Source: Sideroxydans sp. (lineage in GTDB: Bacteria; Pseudomonadota; Gammaproteobacteria; Burkholderiales; Gallionellaceae). From it: a stretch of 64,000 bases of DNA. Shown here piece by piece: positions 32,740 through 41,616 of this stretch. A model generated the notes under the pieces. That model saw only the letters and a list, made by a program, of their open reading frames with translations, had not been told where the DNA came from and did not search any database. The stretch lies in assembly GCA_027310665.1 (NCBI GenBank), contig DAIDAJ010000024.1:17607-81606 (forward strand), written 5' to 3'. Each line of letters opens with the position of its first letter. Position 1 is the stretch's first letter. A program made the translations under genes and the position numbers.

Positions 32740-33735
32740 ATGAAGACTTTTCGTGCTTACCAGATTGTTGAAGAAGGCGGCAAGTCCGCCGGCCGTTTCG
32801 TCGAGTTATCGCAGGACAATTTTGACACCGGTGAGGTGGTCATCCGTACCCATTATTCCGGCGTCAATTACAAGGACGCGCTCGCTGCCACAGGGGCTGG
32901 CAAAGTCATTCGCCGCTTCCCCTGTGTGGGAGGTATAGACGTTGCCGGGGTTGTTGAGTCTTCGCAGGATGCGCGTTACAGGGCGGGCGATCAGGTACTG
33001 GTCACCGGCTATGACATGGGCGTCGCGCATGACGGCGGCTTTGCCGAATATGTGCGCGTTCCGGCGGATTGGATCGTGCCGTTGCCGGTCGGTCTTACCA
33101 TGTTCGAATCGATGGCGTTGGGTACGGCGGGATTCACTGCCGCCCTTGCGATCCATCGTTTGGAACAAAACGAGCTTACGCCCAAAAAGGGCAAAGTGAT
33201 CGTCACCGGTGCGACAGGCGGTGTGGGCAGTATCGCAATCCAGATGATGTCGCAACTTGGTTATCACGTGGTCGCACTGACCGGAAAAGCCGGCGAACAC
33301 GATTACCTGAAATCAATCGGTGCCAGCGAGATATTGCCGCGGAACGAGATCGACATGAAGAGCACGCGCCCCCTGGAAAAAGCTTTGTGGGCAGGTGCGC
33401 TGGATGCGGTGGGGGGAGATACCCTGGCCTGGCTTGCACGTACCATGCAACAGGAAGGTGCCATTGCCAGTTTTGGTAACGCGGGTGGCGCCGAGTTGCA
33501 TACTTCGGTGTTCCCCTTCATTTTGCGCGGAGTGAAGCTGCTCGGCGTGGACTCCTCGGCGACATTGATGCCGCTGCGCAAGCAGTTATGGCAACGCATG
33601 GCCGGCGATCTGCACATTTCGCAATTTGACAAGATTGCGCACCGTATCGCGTTTTCCGAGCTTCCCGAAGCCTGTGCAAAGCTGATCAGGGGTGAGGCGC
33701 ATGGCCGTTCTGTGGTGGAATTCGTTCCGAACTAG
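32740..33735 (+). CDS. YhdH/AcuI-family NADPH oxidoreductase (acryloyl-CoA reductase-like)
   Basis: NYKDALA, GTAGFTAAL, VTGATGGVGS, PFILRGVKLLGVDS. Confidence 0.88.
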   Translation: MKTFRAYQIVEEGGKSAGRFVELSQDNFDTGEVVIRTHYSGVNYKDALAATGAGKVIRRFPCVGGIDVAGVVESSQDARYRAGDQVLVTGYDMGVAHDGGFAEYVRVPADWIVPLPVGLTMFESMALGTAGFTAALAIHRLEQNELTPKKGKVIVTGATGGVGSIAIQMMSQLGYHVVALTGKAGEHDYLKSIGASEILPRNEIDMKSTRPLEKALWAGALDAVGGDTLAWLARTMQQEGAIASFGNAGGAELHTSVFPFILRGVKLLGVDSSATLMPLRKQLWQRMAGDLHISQFDKIAHRIAFSELPEACAKLIRGEAHGRSVVEFVPN

Positions 33736-33785
33736 GAATCGCTCGGTTATAATGCGCCCCCTTTGGGGCCTTCAGTGCCCCAAAT

Positions 33786-33870
33786 GCGAAAGTGGCGGAA
33801 TTGGTAGACGCACTGGATTTAGGTTCCAGCGCCGTAAGGCGTGAGAGTTCGAGTCTCTCCTTTCGCACCA
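33786..33870 (+). tRNA. tRNA-Leu (anticodon TAG)
   Basis: Acceptor GCGAAAG/CTTTCGC+ACCA, anticodon arm CTGGA-tt TAG gt-TCCAG, long variable arm, GTTCGAG T-loop. Confidence 0.96.
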
Positions 33871-33907
33871 GGTTGTCATTGGAGATGCGAGAGCGATTCC
33901 ATCAGTC

Positions 33908-33937
33908 AGAGGCGGTTAATACCGCCTTTCTGTTTTT
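33908..33937 (+). terminator. Terminator-like hairpin after tRNA-Leu
   Basis: AGAGGCGGT-taat-ACCGCCTTTCT then a T-run. Confidence 0.6.
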
Positions 33938-34138
33938 AAATCAAATTTGTTGATACAAAATCGCCCTTTACAGAATATATGGCGAAGTAACCCATAAAGA
34001 AGCGTCAGTCACCTAGAAGGATTCGACGATCTGGTAGCGTTATTAACAACAAAAACAAAACTGCAAAAGCAAACTTTAGAATCTTGGTAGGTATGACATC
34101 GCCGGTTGATTCCTTCAATGCTGGAACAAGGAGGCATC

Positions 34139-34318
34139 ATGTCGACAGATATCCCCGCAAAAATCCCCCCGCACTCATTCCGGCGCACCGCAGATAACAC
34201 ACCGGCAAGCAGAACGGGATCCAATACGCAAAATCCCCCTACTTCACCAAAAATCCACGAACTGAGGGAAAGGTATGAAGCGCTGAAAGAAAAGAAGGAT
34301 GGCTTGAATTCGAGCTGA
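34139..34318 (+). CDS. Possible small hypothetical protein (59 aa)
   Basis: AAGGAGG just upstream of ATG 34139 and a C-terminal charged helix; no family recognised. Confidence 0.25.
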   Translation: MSTDIPAKIPPHSFRRTADNTPASRTGSNTQNPPTSPKIHELRERYEALKEKKDGLNSS

Positions 34319-34485
34319 GATTGAAGGGCACATTTGGTAACCCCTCAAATAGTCAGAATTGCCAGGGACGGAATTTCAGGGACGCGTTACGAACCTTTCG
34401 TATTTCGGCCAGTGCGGACAGTAGCAGGTAATTAATTTTCGTTTGCCGGGAGCATCTGCTTCTTTTCCCGCAACTTCCCTCAAAA

Positions 34486-36210
34486 TTACGCTTCGGCCGG
34501 TGTTTCATTTTTTGGTAATGTTTTTAATAGCCTATACCAAAAATAAGGTGCTATAGGTGTTCGGTGATGTCGGCAAGCAATCAAATCCAGCGCAACAATT
34601 CCAGCCAAACCGGCAGAAGAATTATCAATAACGTTGTGACGTTCTGAATCAAGTACGGCGTTCATCATGTTAAGGAATTCACTTGACCGATTAGGGAGAG
34701 TGATAGGTGCTTCACTCTCTCCGCAATGATGCTGAGCTGACCAGTAGTAGAGATGCTTTGCCAAATCTTGCGTTGGATGCCATAGCTGTAGACACACCTC
34801 TGGATATTCATTCTTCGAGTTTTTGGCAAGTGCAGCGTATAAATCATCACGGCCTAACAACACAGCCCAGCCTGCTAATGTGGGGAGAAGCCAGCTCATG
34901 TTCATCAAGCGAGTACGCAACTCATCATCTCCGAAAACGGTTGCTTCAATTAGGTCGTCGATCGAATCTGTACTGATAGGGAAATTGCGCTTTACCTTAA
35001 ATGTGTAATCAGTGCGCCGTACTAATTCAGCGACCCAATCTTGAGCTTGAGAAACATGCCCAGTTAATACCAGTAATAGCAATCCGAGAACAATATCAAT
35101 TACGTTCGCATCGAGCCGAGGGGAGGCGGAAACGGGGTTGTTAGTTATCAATGAAGCTAGGGTATCAGCTATCACAGTAGCGCTCTCTAGGTTAATTTGT
35201 TGTTGTGACTCATTGTCAGCAAGTGTCAATATTTGACATAGTCCAATTGTCGAAATAATGCCAATTTGCTCAAATACTACTAAAGAGAATTCTGCGTTCT
35301 CTCTGCAATATCCAGTCAAGCCGTCAGGCACATACATATGCCCTCTTAACTTCTCAAAATATCGGAAAGAAACAGCATTGTAAGTCCTCAGTATTTCAGA
35401 AATATCTTGATGATATTGTTTACGCCTATCAATATCCTCGAGCTGTACGCGGTGCCAAGACCAGAGCAAAGCACGCTCAGATGCAATTAAAGCTTGCTTT
35501 AGATTGCCCTCATCTTCTGACCATTTGGCAAACACTTGGGCTGCCAAATTGACAATCCGCAACGCCTTTTCCAAATGACGAGGATGCGCAGGCTGCGGCA
35601 GCAATTCTCCAGCATCTCCAATTCCAAGCTGTCGTCGGAATAAGCGATGGAGATCTCTTTGGTCATAATCTTGCACCCCGGCCAGCGCGAGAGATTTTCG
35701 CAAATGCGTGCGATCCTCCGAATCGAATATGTGCTCGTCAAGCATGTATTTTTCAATGAGAACGGATGCCTGCGCGCCTCCCCAAAAGCGGAAGTCAGCC
35801 CTCGAAACTTTGGCTTTCGTGTAGCAATCCCAATTAATCTGCGTGTCTTGTTTTAGGTCGCCAGTTGTCGCAAGCACTATCTTTTTTCGAAGCCCTGCAT
35901 GCGCTGGCTCGACGAGCGTGTCCAGATAAACCTCAAATACCTCATCCAGACTTTGGCGAACAGATTGAGGCCCTGAGCTCCATTCTGTTCGCCCTATATC
36001 CCCTCGTTTTATTACCAACAGTAAAAGCTCTTGAATGTTGTCTTCGGGCGAAATCCCAACCGCTGCGAGGTCAACGCCAAATTGTCGAACACCGGTTTGA
36101 GGTAATGAGATTGGAACATATCCCATTGCTAAAAGCAGATCGGGGAGAAGACGATCAAATTCGTCTCGCTCCTTTAAGGTTCGCAGATACTGAGCAAGGA
36201 TTAGCTTCAT
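34486..36210 (-). CDS. Hypothetical protein with N-terminal Mrr-like PD-(D/E)xK nuclease domain
   Basis: ERDEFDRLLPDLL..MGY..G.RQFGVDLAAVG..VIK.GD..IVLATTG pattern, followed by about 400 aa of helical sequence. Confidence 0.6.
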   Translation of the reverse strand: MKLILAQYLRTLKERDEFDRLLPDLLLAMGYVPISLPQTGVRQFGVDLAAVGISPEDNIQELLLLVIKRGDIGRTEWSSGPQSVRQSLDEVFEVYLDTLVEPAHAGLRKKIVLATTGDLKQDTQINWDCYTKAKVSRADFRFWGGAQASVLIEKYMLDEHIFDSEDRTHLRKSLALAGVQDYDQRDLHRLFRRQLGIGDAGELLPQPAHPRHLEKALRIVNLAAQVFAKWSEDEGNLKQALIASERALLWSWHRVQLEDIDRRKQYHQDISEILRTYNAVSFRYFEKLRGHMYVPDGLTGYCRENAEFSLVVFEQIGIISTIGLCQILTLADNESQQQINLESATVIADTLASLITNNPVSASPRLDANVIDIVLGLLLLVLTGHVSQAQDWVAELVRRTDYTFKVKRNFPISTDSIDDLIEATVFGDDELRTRLMNMSWLLPTLAGWAVLLGRDDLYAALAKNSKNEYPEVCLQLWHPTQDLAKHLYYWSAQHHCGESEAPITLPNRSSEFLNMMNAVLDSERHNVIDNSSAGLAGIVALDLIACRHHRTPIAPYFWYRLLKTLPKNETPAEA

Positions 36211-38159
36211 GGATTTTCTCGCCTTGCGATACGCATAGAAAATAGGTGGAGGGCGTAGCCAATGGAATCGGAAGCTTCCCTCATCGGCAAGGAGACAGAA
36301 TGCGAGATTGATTGCATGTAGGTAGGCTCACCATACACGCCATCGCGAAAACTAAAAGAGCCGATGCCGGCTTTTAGCGGAATTTCTGTACATAGCTGCC
36401 GTATGATTGAGCCTTTTTGGGCTTCCTCCATCGACAAGCGCATCTGCTTGTCACGAGCTTTTGTAAACTCTCTTTGTATTCTTGGCGGCGGGCGCAACTC
36501 GGCAAGTCGAGGTAATGCATTTAGTGTATCAATTCGGTTCCTAATTTCTGTAATTGCGCTTGAATAAAAATTAAGGGTTTCTTTTTCTGTTACTAATGAT
36601 TTTGCTGATTCCAGCGCTTTAATTGTGGAGGATGGGTAGTCTTTTCCTATTTCATTAACGAACAATCCATAGGCCAGTCCGAAGACGCGTTGTTTGGTTT
36701 CACGGGTTTTAAGGAGTGATATTGTCAGCGACAGGAGATGATCCTCAGAAAAAACGAATCCGAGTGTCCGTCGGGCTAAAAAAAGTAAATCACTGTTTTC
36801 GAGATTATCAAGTCGAGAAACGTCAAACTCGGGATTCCGAAACCCTCTAATCCCTAAGTGAGATAATAAACCGGCGGCAGCAGATGCAAGTTTTCTATTG
36901 TCGGCCAGAAGCCAGTCTGTAATTAGCTGTGAGAGCAGAGCTGGACGGTTAGCCAACTCATGCGATGTTGCATTAAAGATCTCTGCAATGGATTTATCTC
37001 GCGGTATGTCCTCTGCATTAATGCTGCCCCATTCGGTTAGCCACGAAATGACTAATTGCTGGCCCAGTTCATCGGACATTAACTGGCTTAATATAACATC
37101 AAGATGTTGAAGAAAGCTGCCATGTGTGTGGGGCAGTTTGCATAGCAGCTTTAGCCAGTTTTCGAAAATTGGTTTAGCCTTCATTTCGGCCGTATTCATG
37201 TAGATTGCTTCTGTAATGCTGCTAAGTGCATTCGGATCGCCGGCCTCGCCTCGCTTCGTTATGGATTCATCAAATGCATTGGTTACGTGTGCTGTGTATG
37301 CGGCGGCGCGAATTGCTGTCTGTCGAATCTCCTCTACCGGGTGCGACATATTGTTAATGATGATATTCGTCGCGATGGATTGCGAATCACCTTTGACTAG
37401 CGACATGACAAGCAATCTTCCTACTGCCCATAAGGCGGCATTCTTAAGTAGCGGGTTTGAAGAGTCGATATCTTCAACTACAAGCTTGAAGGCGTCTTCT
37501 GGATAGGACTTTGCGAGAGCAATAAGCGGAACAGGGTAAAGGGAGATTGTCGTATCTGTAATATCGCTCTTGAGCAGGAGGTGAATCTTGCGGCAGGTAT
37601 TTGGCAACTCAGCTAATTTCTCTTCAAGTTTGTGGTAGAGCATGCCACCCGCATAATCGTTCTTGGTGTTTTTATGTTGTACAGCAACTAGTCTAACAAT
37701 TCCTTCTGGTGGTAGATCGGCTAAATGCGGAAGTGCAGACTCGATTGTGCATAAAACATTCCACACATCTGCGGGTTTTCTTTCAATCACTTTGGTGGCG
37801 ATGTTGAATATGTCACTTACTTCATGCACGAATGCCAATAGTCTTCCTGCGGCGCTGTCACTTTTACCTATCTCATTGCGCCAAAGTTCAAGTGCGACAT
37901 CCAGCCACCTTGGATCGTCATGAAAAAACTCTTCTCGATTTTCCATGAATCTGTAGGTTGCAACTATGCTGTTTCGGGCCTCAATCGAAGCGAAATGAAC
38001 ACTTTTTCCATCAATTTTAAACTCGGAAATTGCTGCATTAGGTAGGGTTATATCTGTCACAGCCGGCAAATCACCAATTAACTCATCAGAGTTGTTTGCG
38101 TGAATCTCTATTGCAAGCGGGCCAATTACTTTGATCCATTCATCATTGCGGCTAGACAT
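36207..38159 (-). CDS. Hypothetical alpha-helical (HEAT/ARM-like) protein
   Basis: 650-aa low-GC ORF, AAGGAG RBS, HEAT-like segments (LLKNAALWAVGRL; HPVEEIRQTAIRAA), ATGA-coupled to the next gene. Confidence 0.65.
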   Translation of the reverse strand: MSSRNDEWIKVIGPLAIEIHANNSDELIGDLPAVTDITLPNAAISEFKIDGKSVHFASIEARNSIVATYRFMENREEFFHDDPRWLDVALELWRNEIGKSDSAAGRLLAFVHEVSDIFNIATKVIERKPADVWNVLCTIESALPHLADLPPEGIVRLVAVQHKNTKNDYAGGMLYHKLEEKLAELPNTCRKIHLLLKSDITDTTISLYPVPLIALAKSYPEDAFKLVVEDIDSSNPLLKNAALWAVGRLLVMSLVKGDSQSIATNIIINNMSHPVEEIRQTAIRAAAYTAHVTNAFDESITKRGEAGDPNALSSITEAIYMNTAEMKAKPIFENWLKLLCKLPHTHGSFLQHLDVILSQLMSDELGQQLVISWLTEWGSINAEDIPRDKSIAEIFNATSHELANRPALLSQLITDWLLADNRKLASAAAGLLSHLGIRGFRNPEFDVSRLDNLENSDLLFLARRTLGFVFSEDHLLSLTISLLKTRETKQRVFGLAYGLFVNEIGKDYPSSTIKALESAKSLVTEKETLNFYSSAITEIRNRIDTLNALPRLAELRPPPRIQREFTKARDKQMRLSMEEAQKGSIIRQLCTEIPLKAGIGSFSFRDGVYGEPTYMQSISHSVSLPMREASDSIGYALHLFSMRIARRENP

Positions 38160-38431
38160 TAGCGCTCCTTAATATTTAATGGAACAAGTTTGGATTGTTA
38201 TTCACCCTAAGTATATCGCCCCCCTGTCAACCTTACGGTATCTTCGGAAGCAGACATTCCAGCAGGCAGATTTGATACCATTTTCATATAAGCGCTACAG
38301 TCCGCAATGGCACCGAGAATCGGTTCTACGAGTTGCTTTGACTTAGTGACCATTCGAAATAGAAGTCATTAAAGAACCAGTGCCCACATTCGCTTGATTC
38401 GGCGAGCCAGATCAAAAACCAAGCCGAGATA

Positions 38432-38815
38432 TCAATTCGCCGCAATAGCCATCGGCGCAACATAAGCCGCACGTGCAGCGCGCACCGCGTCATGATTCTC
38501 CAGCGCCCATTCGATCATGCTTTGCAGGGGCTTCAGCAATGAGTGTCCCAACGGTGTAAGGGTGTATTCCACCCGCAACGGCACGGTGGCGAATACCTGT
38601 CTCGATACCAGGCCATCCTGCTCCAGGCGGCGCAGCGTCTGCGCCAGCATGCGTTGCGAAACGTCGCCGATGCGGTTCCTGAGTTCGCTGAAGCGCAGGG
38701 TGCCTGCTTCCAGTTCATGGATCACCAATAACGACCAGCGGTCTCCCAGACGATCCAGCACATCGCGAATCGGGCACAGGCAGGCCTTGGGGTCTTTGGG
38801 TTTATGCAGCGTCAT
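38432..38815 (-). CDS. HxlR-family winged-helix transcriptional regulator
   Basis: CPIRDVLDRLGDRWS, LRFSEL, SQRMLAQTLRRLE, VEYTLTPLG. Confidence 0.92.
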   Translation of the reverse strand: MTLHKPKDPKACLCPIRDVLDRLGDRWSLLVIHELEAGTLRFSELRNRIGDVSQRMLAQTLRRLEQDGLVSRQVFATVPLRVEYTLTPLGHSLLKPLQSMIEWALENHDAVRAARAAYVAPMAIAAN

Positions 38816-38831
38816 GGCTATCTCCTTTCAT

Positions 38832-38856
38832 GGTTACCCGGCAGTAACCAGGTAAC
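38832..38856. promoter_or_regulatory. Putative HxlR operator
   Basis: GGTTAC-N6-GTAACC inverted repeat plus extra GTAAC copies in the divergent intergenic region. Confidence 0.5.
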
Positions 38857-38950
38857 TTTCGGCGCCCTACTTGTGCGGGGTTTGCGCCGTGGTGCAATAT
38901 AGTAACCAGATTCCAGTTTTGAATCCAAGCTAATTTTAAAGGAAAAAATC

Positions 38951-39487
38951 ATGAGCAAGAAGACCCTGGTTGTCGTCGCCCACCCCGATCTGGGCAAGTC
39001 CCGCATCAACCGCACCTGGATAGATCACCTGCGTCCGCACTCCGGCAAAGCTACCGTGCATGAGTTATACAAGGCCTATCCGGATGGCAAGATCGATGTG
39101 GCGGCCGAGCAAAAACTGCTGGAAGCGCACGACCGCATCATCCTGCAATTCCCGATGTTCTGGTTCAGCACGCCCTCGCTGCTGAAGCAATGGCTGGACG
39201 ATGTGTTGTCCTACGGTTGGGCATTCGGCCCCGGCGGCGACAAGCTCGAAGGCAAGGAGATCGGTGTCGCCGTTTCCACCGGCGGCCCGGCGCACGCCTA
39301 CCAGGCGGGTGCGCAGAACCAGTACACGCTGAGCGAATTGCTGCGCCCGCTGCAGATGACGGCGCAATATACGCGCGCCAAATATCTGCCTGTATTCTCG
39401 ATGCAGGGCGCGCTCTATAATCCGACGGAAGAAGAAGTCAAAAGCAATGCACAGGCGTATGTGCAGCATGTATTGAGCGCAGCTTAA
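38951..39487 (+). CDS. Flavodoxin-like NAD(P)H:quinone oxidoreductase (KefF/MdaB-like)
   Basis: AHPD..SRIN, QFPMFWFSTPSLLKQWLD, STGG. Confidence 0.9.
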   Translation: MSKKTLVVVAHPDLGKSRINRTWIDHLRPHSGKATVHELYKAYPDGKIDVAAEQKLLEAHDRIILQFPMFWFSTPSLLKQWLDDVLSYGWAFGPGGDKLEGKEIGVAVSTGGPAHAYQAGAQNQYTLSELLRPLQMTAQYTRAKYLPVFSMQGALYNPTEEEVKSNAQAYVQHVLSAA

Positions 39488-39508
39488 CCACGGAAAGATA
39501 ACTTGATC

Positions 39509-40342
39509 ATGAGCACCCCCGCACGTTTGCCCACTTTGTTCATCCCGCATGGCGGCGGCCCCTGTTTTTTCATGGAGCCGATGCCGGGCATGCCGGCGGA
39601 TACCTGGGACAGGATGGCGGCATATCTGCGCGGTATTCCCAACGCGCTGGGGCAACGTCCGAAGGCGGTGCTCGTCATCTCCGGGCATTGGGAAACCGAA
39701 CAAGCCACCGTGCTCAATACGGACAACTATGAGCTGCTGTACGACTACTATGGTTTTCCCGAGCACACCTACAGCCTCACTTACCCCGCGCATGGTTCGG
39801 CACCCGTGGCAGCGCGCGTGCGCGAACTGCTGGGGCAAGCCGGCATCGATACGGATGAGCAGTACGAACGCGGTCTCGACCACGGCGTGTTCATCCCGTT
39901 CAAGCTGATCTATCCCGATGCCGACATCCCCATCGTGCAGCTTTCGCTGTTGCATAGTCTCGACCCCGCCGCGCATTTCGCCATCGGCAAGGCCCTCGCA
40001 CCGTTGCGCGACGAGGGCGTGCTCATCATCGGCAGCGGCTTGAGCTATCACAATCTGCGCTATTTCTTCAGGACGGATCCGGCTTCAAAGGCCGCGTCGG
40101 ACAATTTTGACACCTGGCTGGGCGAGGCCATCACCGCAGAGCCGTCGAAGCGCGAGCAGTTGCTGATCAACTGGCACCAGGCACCCAACGCCCTCGATTG
40201 CCATCCGCGCAGCGAACACCTGATTCCGCTGATGGTGGCTGCAGGCGCGGCGGCGAACGATGCCGGACATATCGCCTACACCGACAAGGTGCTGGGCAAG
40301 AGCGTGTCCGGGTTCCAGTTCGGCAGCGCCCCGGTCCAATAA
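39509..40342 (+). CDS. LigB-family extradiol dioxygenase (DOPA 4,5-dioxygenase/YgiD-like)
   Basis: FIPHGGGP, SGHWE, YDYYGFP, RGLDHG, GSGLSYHNL, HPRSEHLIPL. Confidence 0.9.
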   Translation: MSTPARLPTLFIPHGGGPCFFMEPMPGMPADTWDRMAAYLRGIPNALGQRPKAVLVISGHWETEQATVLNTDNYELLYDYYGFPEHTYSLTYPAHGSAPVAARVRELLGQAGIDTDEQYERGLDHGVFIPFKLIYPDADIPIVQLSLLHSLDPAAHFAIGKALAPLRDEGVLIIGSGLSYHNLRYFFRTDPASKAASDNFDTWLGEAITAEPSKREQLLINWHQAPNALDCHPRSEHLIPLMVAAGAAANDAGHIAYTDKVLGKSVSGFQFGSAPVQ

Positions 40343-40737
40343 CGTCAACCCAGAGAAAACCTGTGGCCATGTCCGCCTTTGGTGGACATACCCGACGTTC
40401 GTCTTTGGAAAATGCTCAACGATCAGTCCGCGCATCGGCAGCGGTCGCGCCAGTTGAAACATTCCGGCACGGCATCGGTTATCATTTGGAAAACCACGCC
40501 GGAACGACGATGTATCGTCTGGCAGTTCTGCCGGAATGGCGCACTTTTGACCGTATGAAAACCAGGAGGAGGGGGATGGCTGCGGTACTGAAAAACGCAT
40601 TCCAGGATAGCCGGACGGGATACCGGATATGCATCAGCGAGTGAATCTCTTGTTCAATCGGCGGACTTATCTTACAGCGACTTTCAATTCTTAACCGGGC
40701 AGTCTTCAAGCACCTGTTCTCCCGCTTTGCCGGCAGC

Positions 40738-41616
40738 ATGCTTTCTGCGCTGCTGGTATATCTGTGTTCCTCTCTCTCCCCAGTGCAAGCCGCTTCGCTG
40801 CGAGTCACGGTGGTGTTGAGCGAAGACGGCGGCGCGTACCAGACATTCGGCGAGGCTTTGCGCAGCCAATTGCAGCCTGGCAGGGTCTCGCTGTACGTAC
40901 AACGCGCCGGCCAGCCATTGGGCGCAGCTGACCTGTACATCGCAGTCGGCATGAAGGCGGCGTCGGCCTTGGCTGCCAGGGAAGCCCCCACTTTGAGCGT
41001 GCTCATCCCAAAGGCAGGATATGAACAATTGCTGAAGACCTCGGAGCGACATGGCGAACCACGCTCGGCGGTTTTCCTTGATCAGCCTGTGCAACGGCAA
41101 GTGGCATTGCTACTGGCCGCCTTGCCTGCCGTGAAGCAGGTTGGCGTGATTTACGCTGCGCCGCAACCGGAACTGCCGAATTTGCGCCGTCTGCTGGCGG
41201 ACAAAGGCATACGTTTGCATGATCAGATAGTCGACAAGACGCAGTCGCTGAACGATGCGCTGGAAAACATACTGGATGTCAGTGAAGTTCTCTTTGTGCT
41301 GGCCGATTCCGAAGTCTATAACGCAGGGACGATACGCAATATCCTGTTGACGGCATATCGCAAGCAGGTTCCGCTGGTGGGAATCTCGCAGGCCTATGTC
41401 AAGGCGGGTGCCTTGTGCGCGATATACAGCACGCCGGAACAGATCGCCAGGCAGACTGCGGGCCTGATCGAACGATATGCCGAATCGGGCAGGCTTCCTG
41501 CGGCGCAATATCCCTCCGAATTCGAAGTTTTGGTCAACACACAGGTGGCGCGTTCACTTGAAATACATATGAAGGACGCAGGTCAACTGCGCGACGAGAT
41601 CAGGAGGACTCCATGA
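40738..41616 (+). CDS. ABC-type substrate-binding-like periplasmic protein coupled to a sensor kinase
   Basis: Signal peptide, VFLDQPVQRQ, YVKAGAL..YSTPEQ; ATGA overlap with the kinase. Confidence 0.75.
   Translation: MLSALLVYLCSSLSPVQAASLRVTVVLSEDGGAYQTFGEALRSQLQPGRVSLYVQRAGQPLGAADLYIAVGMKAASALAAREAPTLSVLIPKAGYEQLLKTSERHGEPRSAVFLDQPVQRQVALLLAALPAVKQVGVIYAAPQPELPNLRRLLADKGIRLHDQIVDKTQSLNDALENILDVSEVLFVLADSEVYNAGTIRNILLTAYRKQVPLVGISQAYVKAGALCAIYSTPEQIARQTAGLIERYAESGRLPAAQYPSEFEVLVNTQVARSLEIHMKDAGQLRDEIRRTP

Larger units (their letters stand above)
33871..38430. other. Low-GC accessory islet downstream of tRNA-Leu
   Basis: Abrupt AT enrichment and non-host codon usage. No integrase and no tRNA 3' duplication seen. 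Confidence 0.7.

Noticed and set aside
34356-34384. Imperfect tandem GAATT..CAGGGACG as integrase arm-site relic
   Set aside because: Only two short copies and no integrase to link them to.
33848-40500. Intact integrative element or prophage at tRNA-Leu
   Set aside because: No integrase and no duplicate of the tRNA 3' end found by eye, so it is called only an islet.
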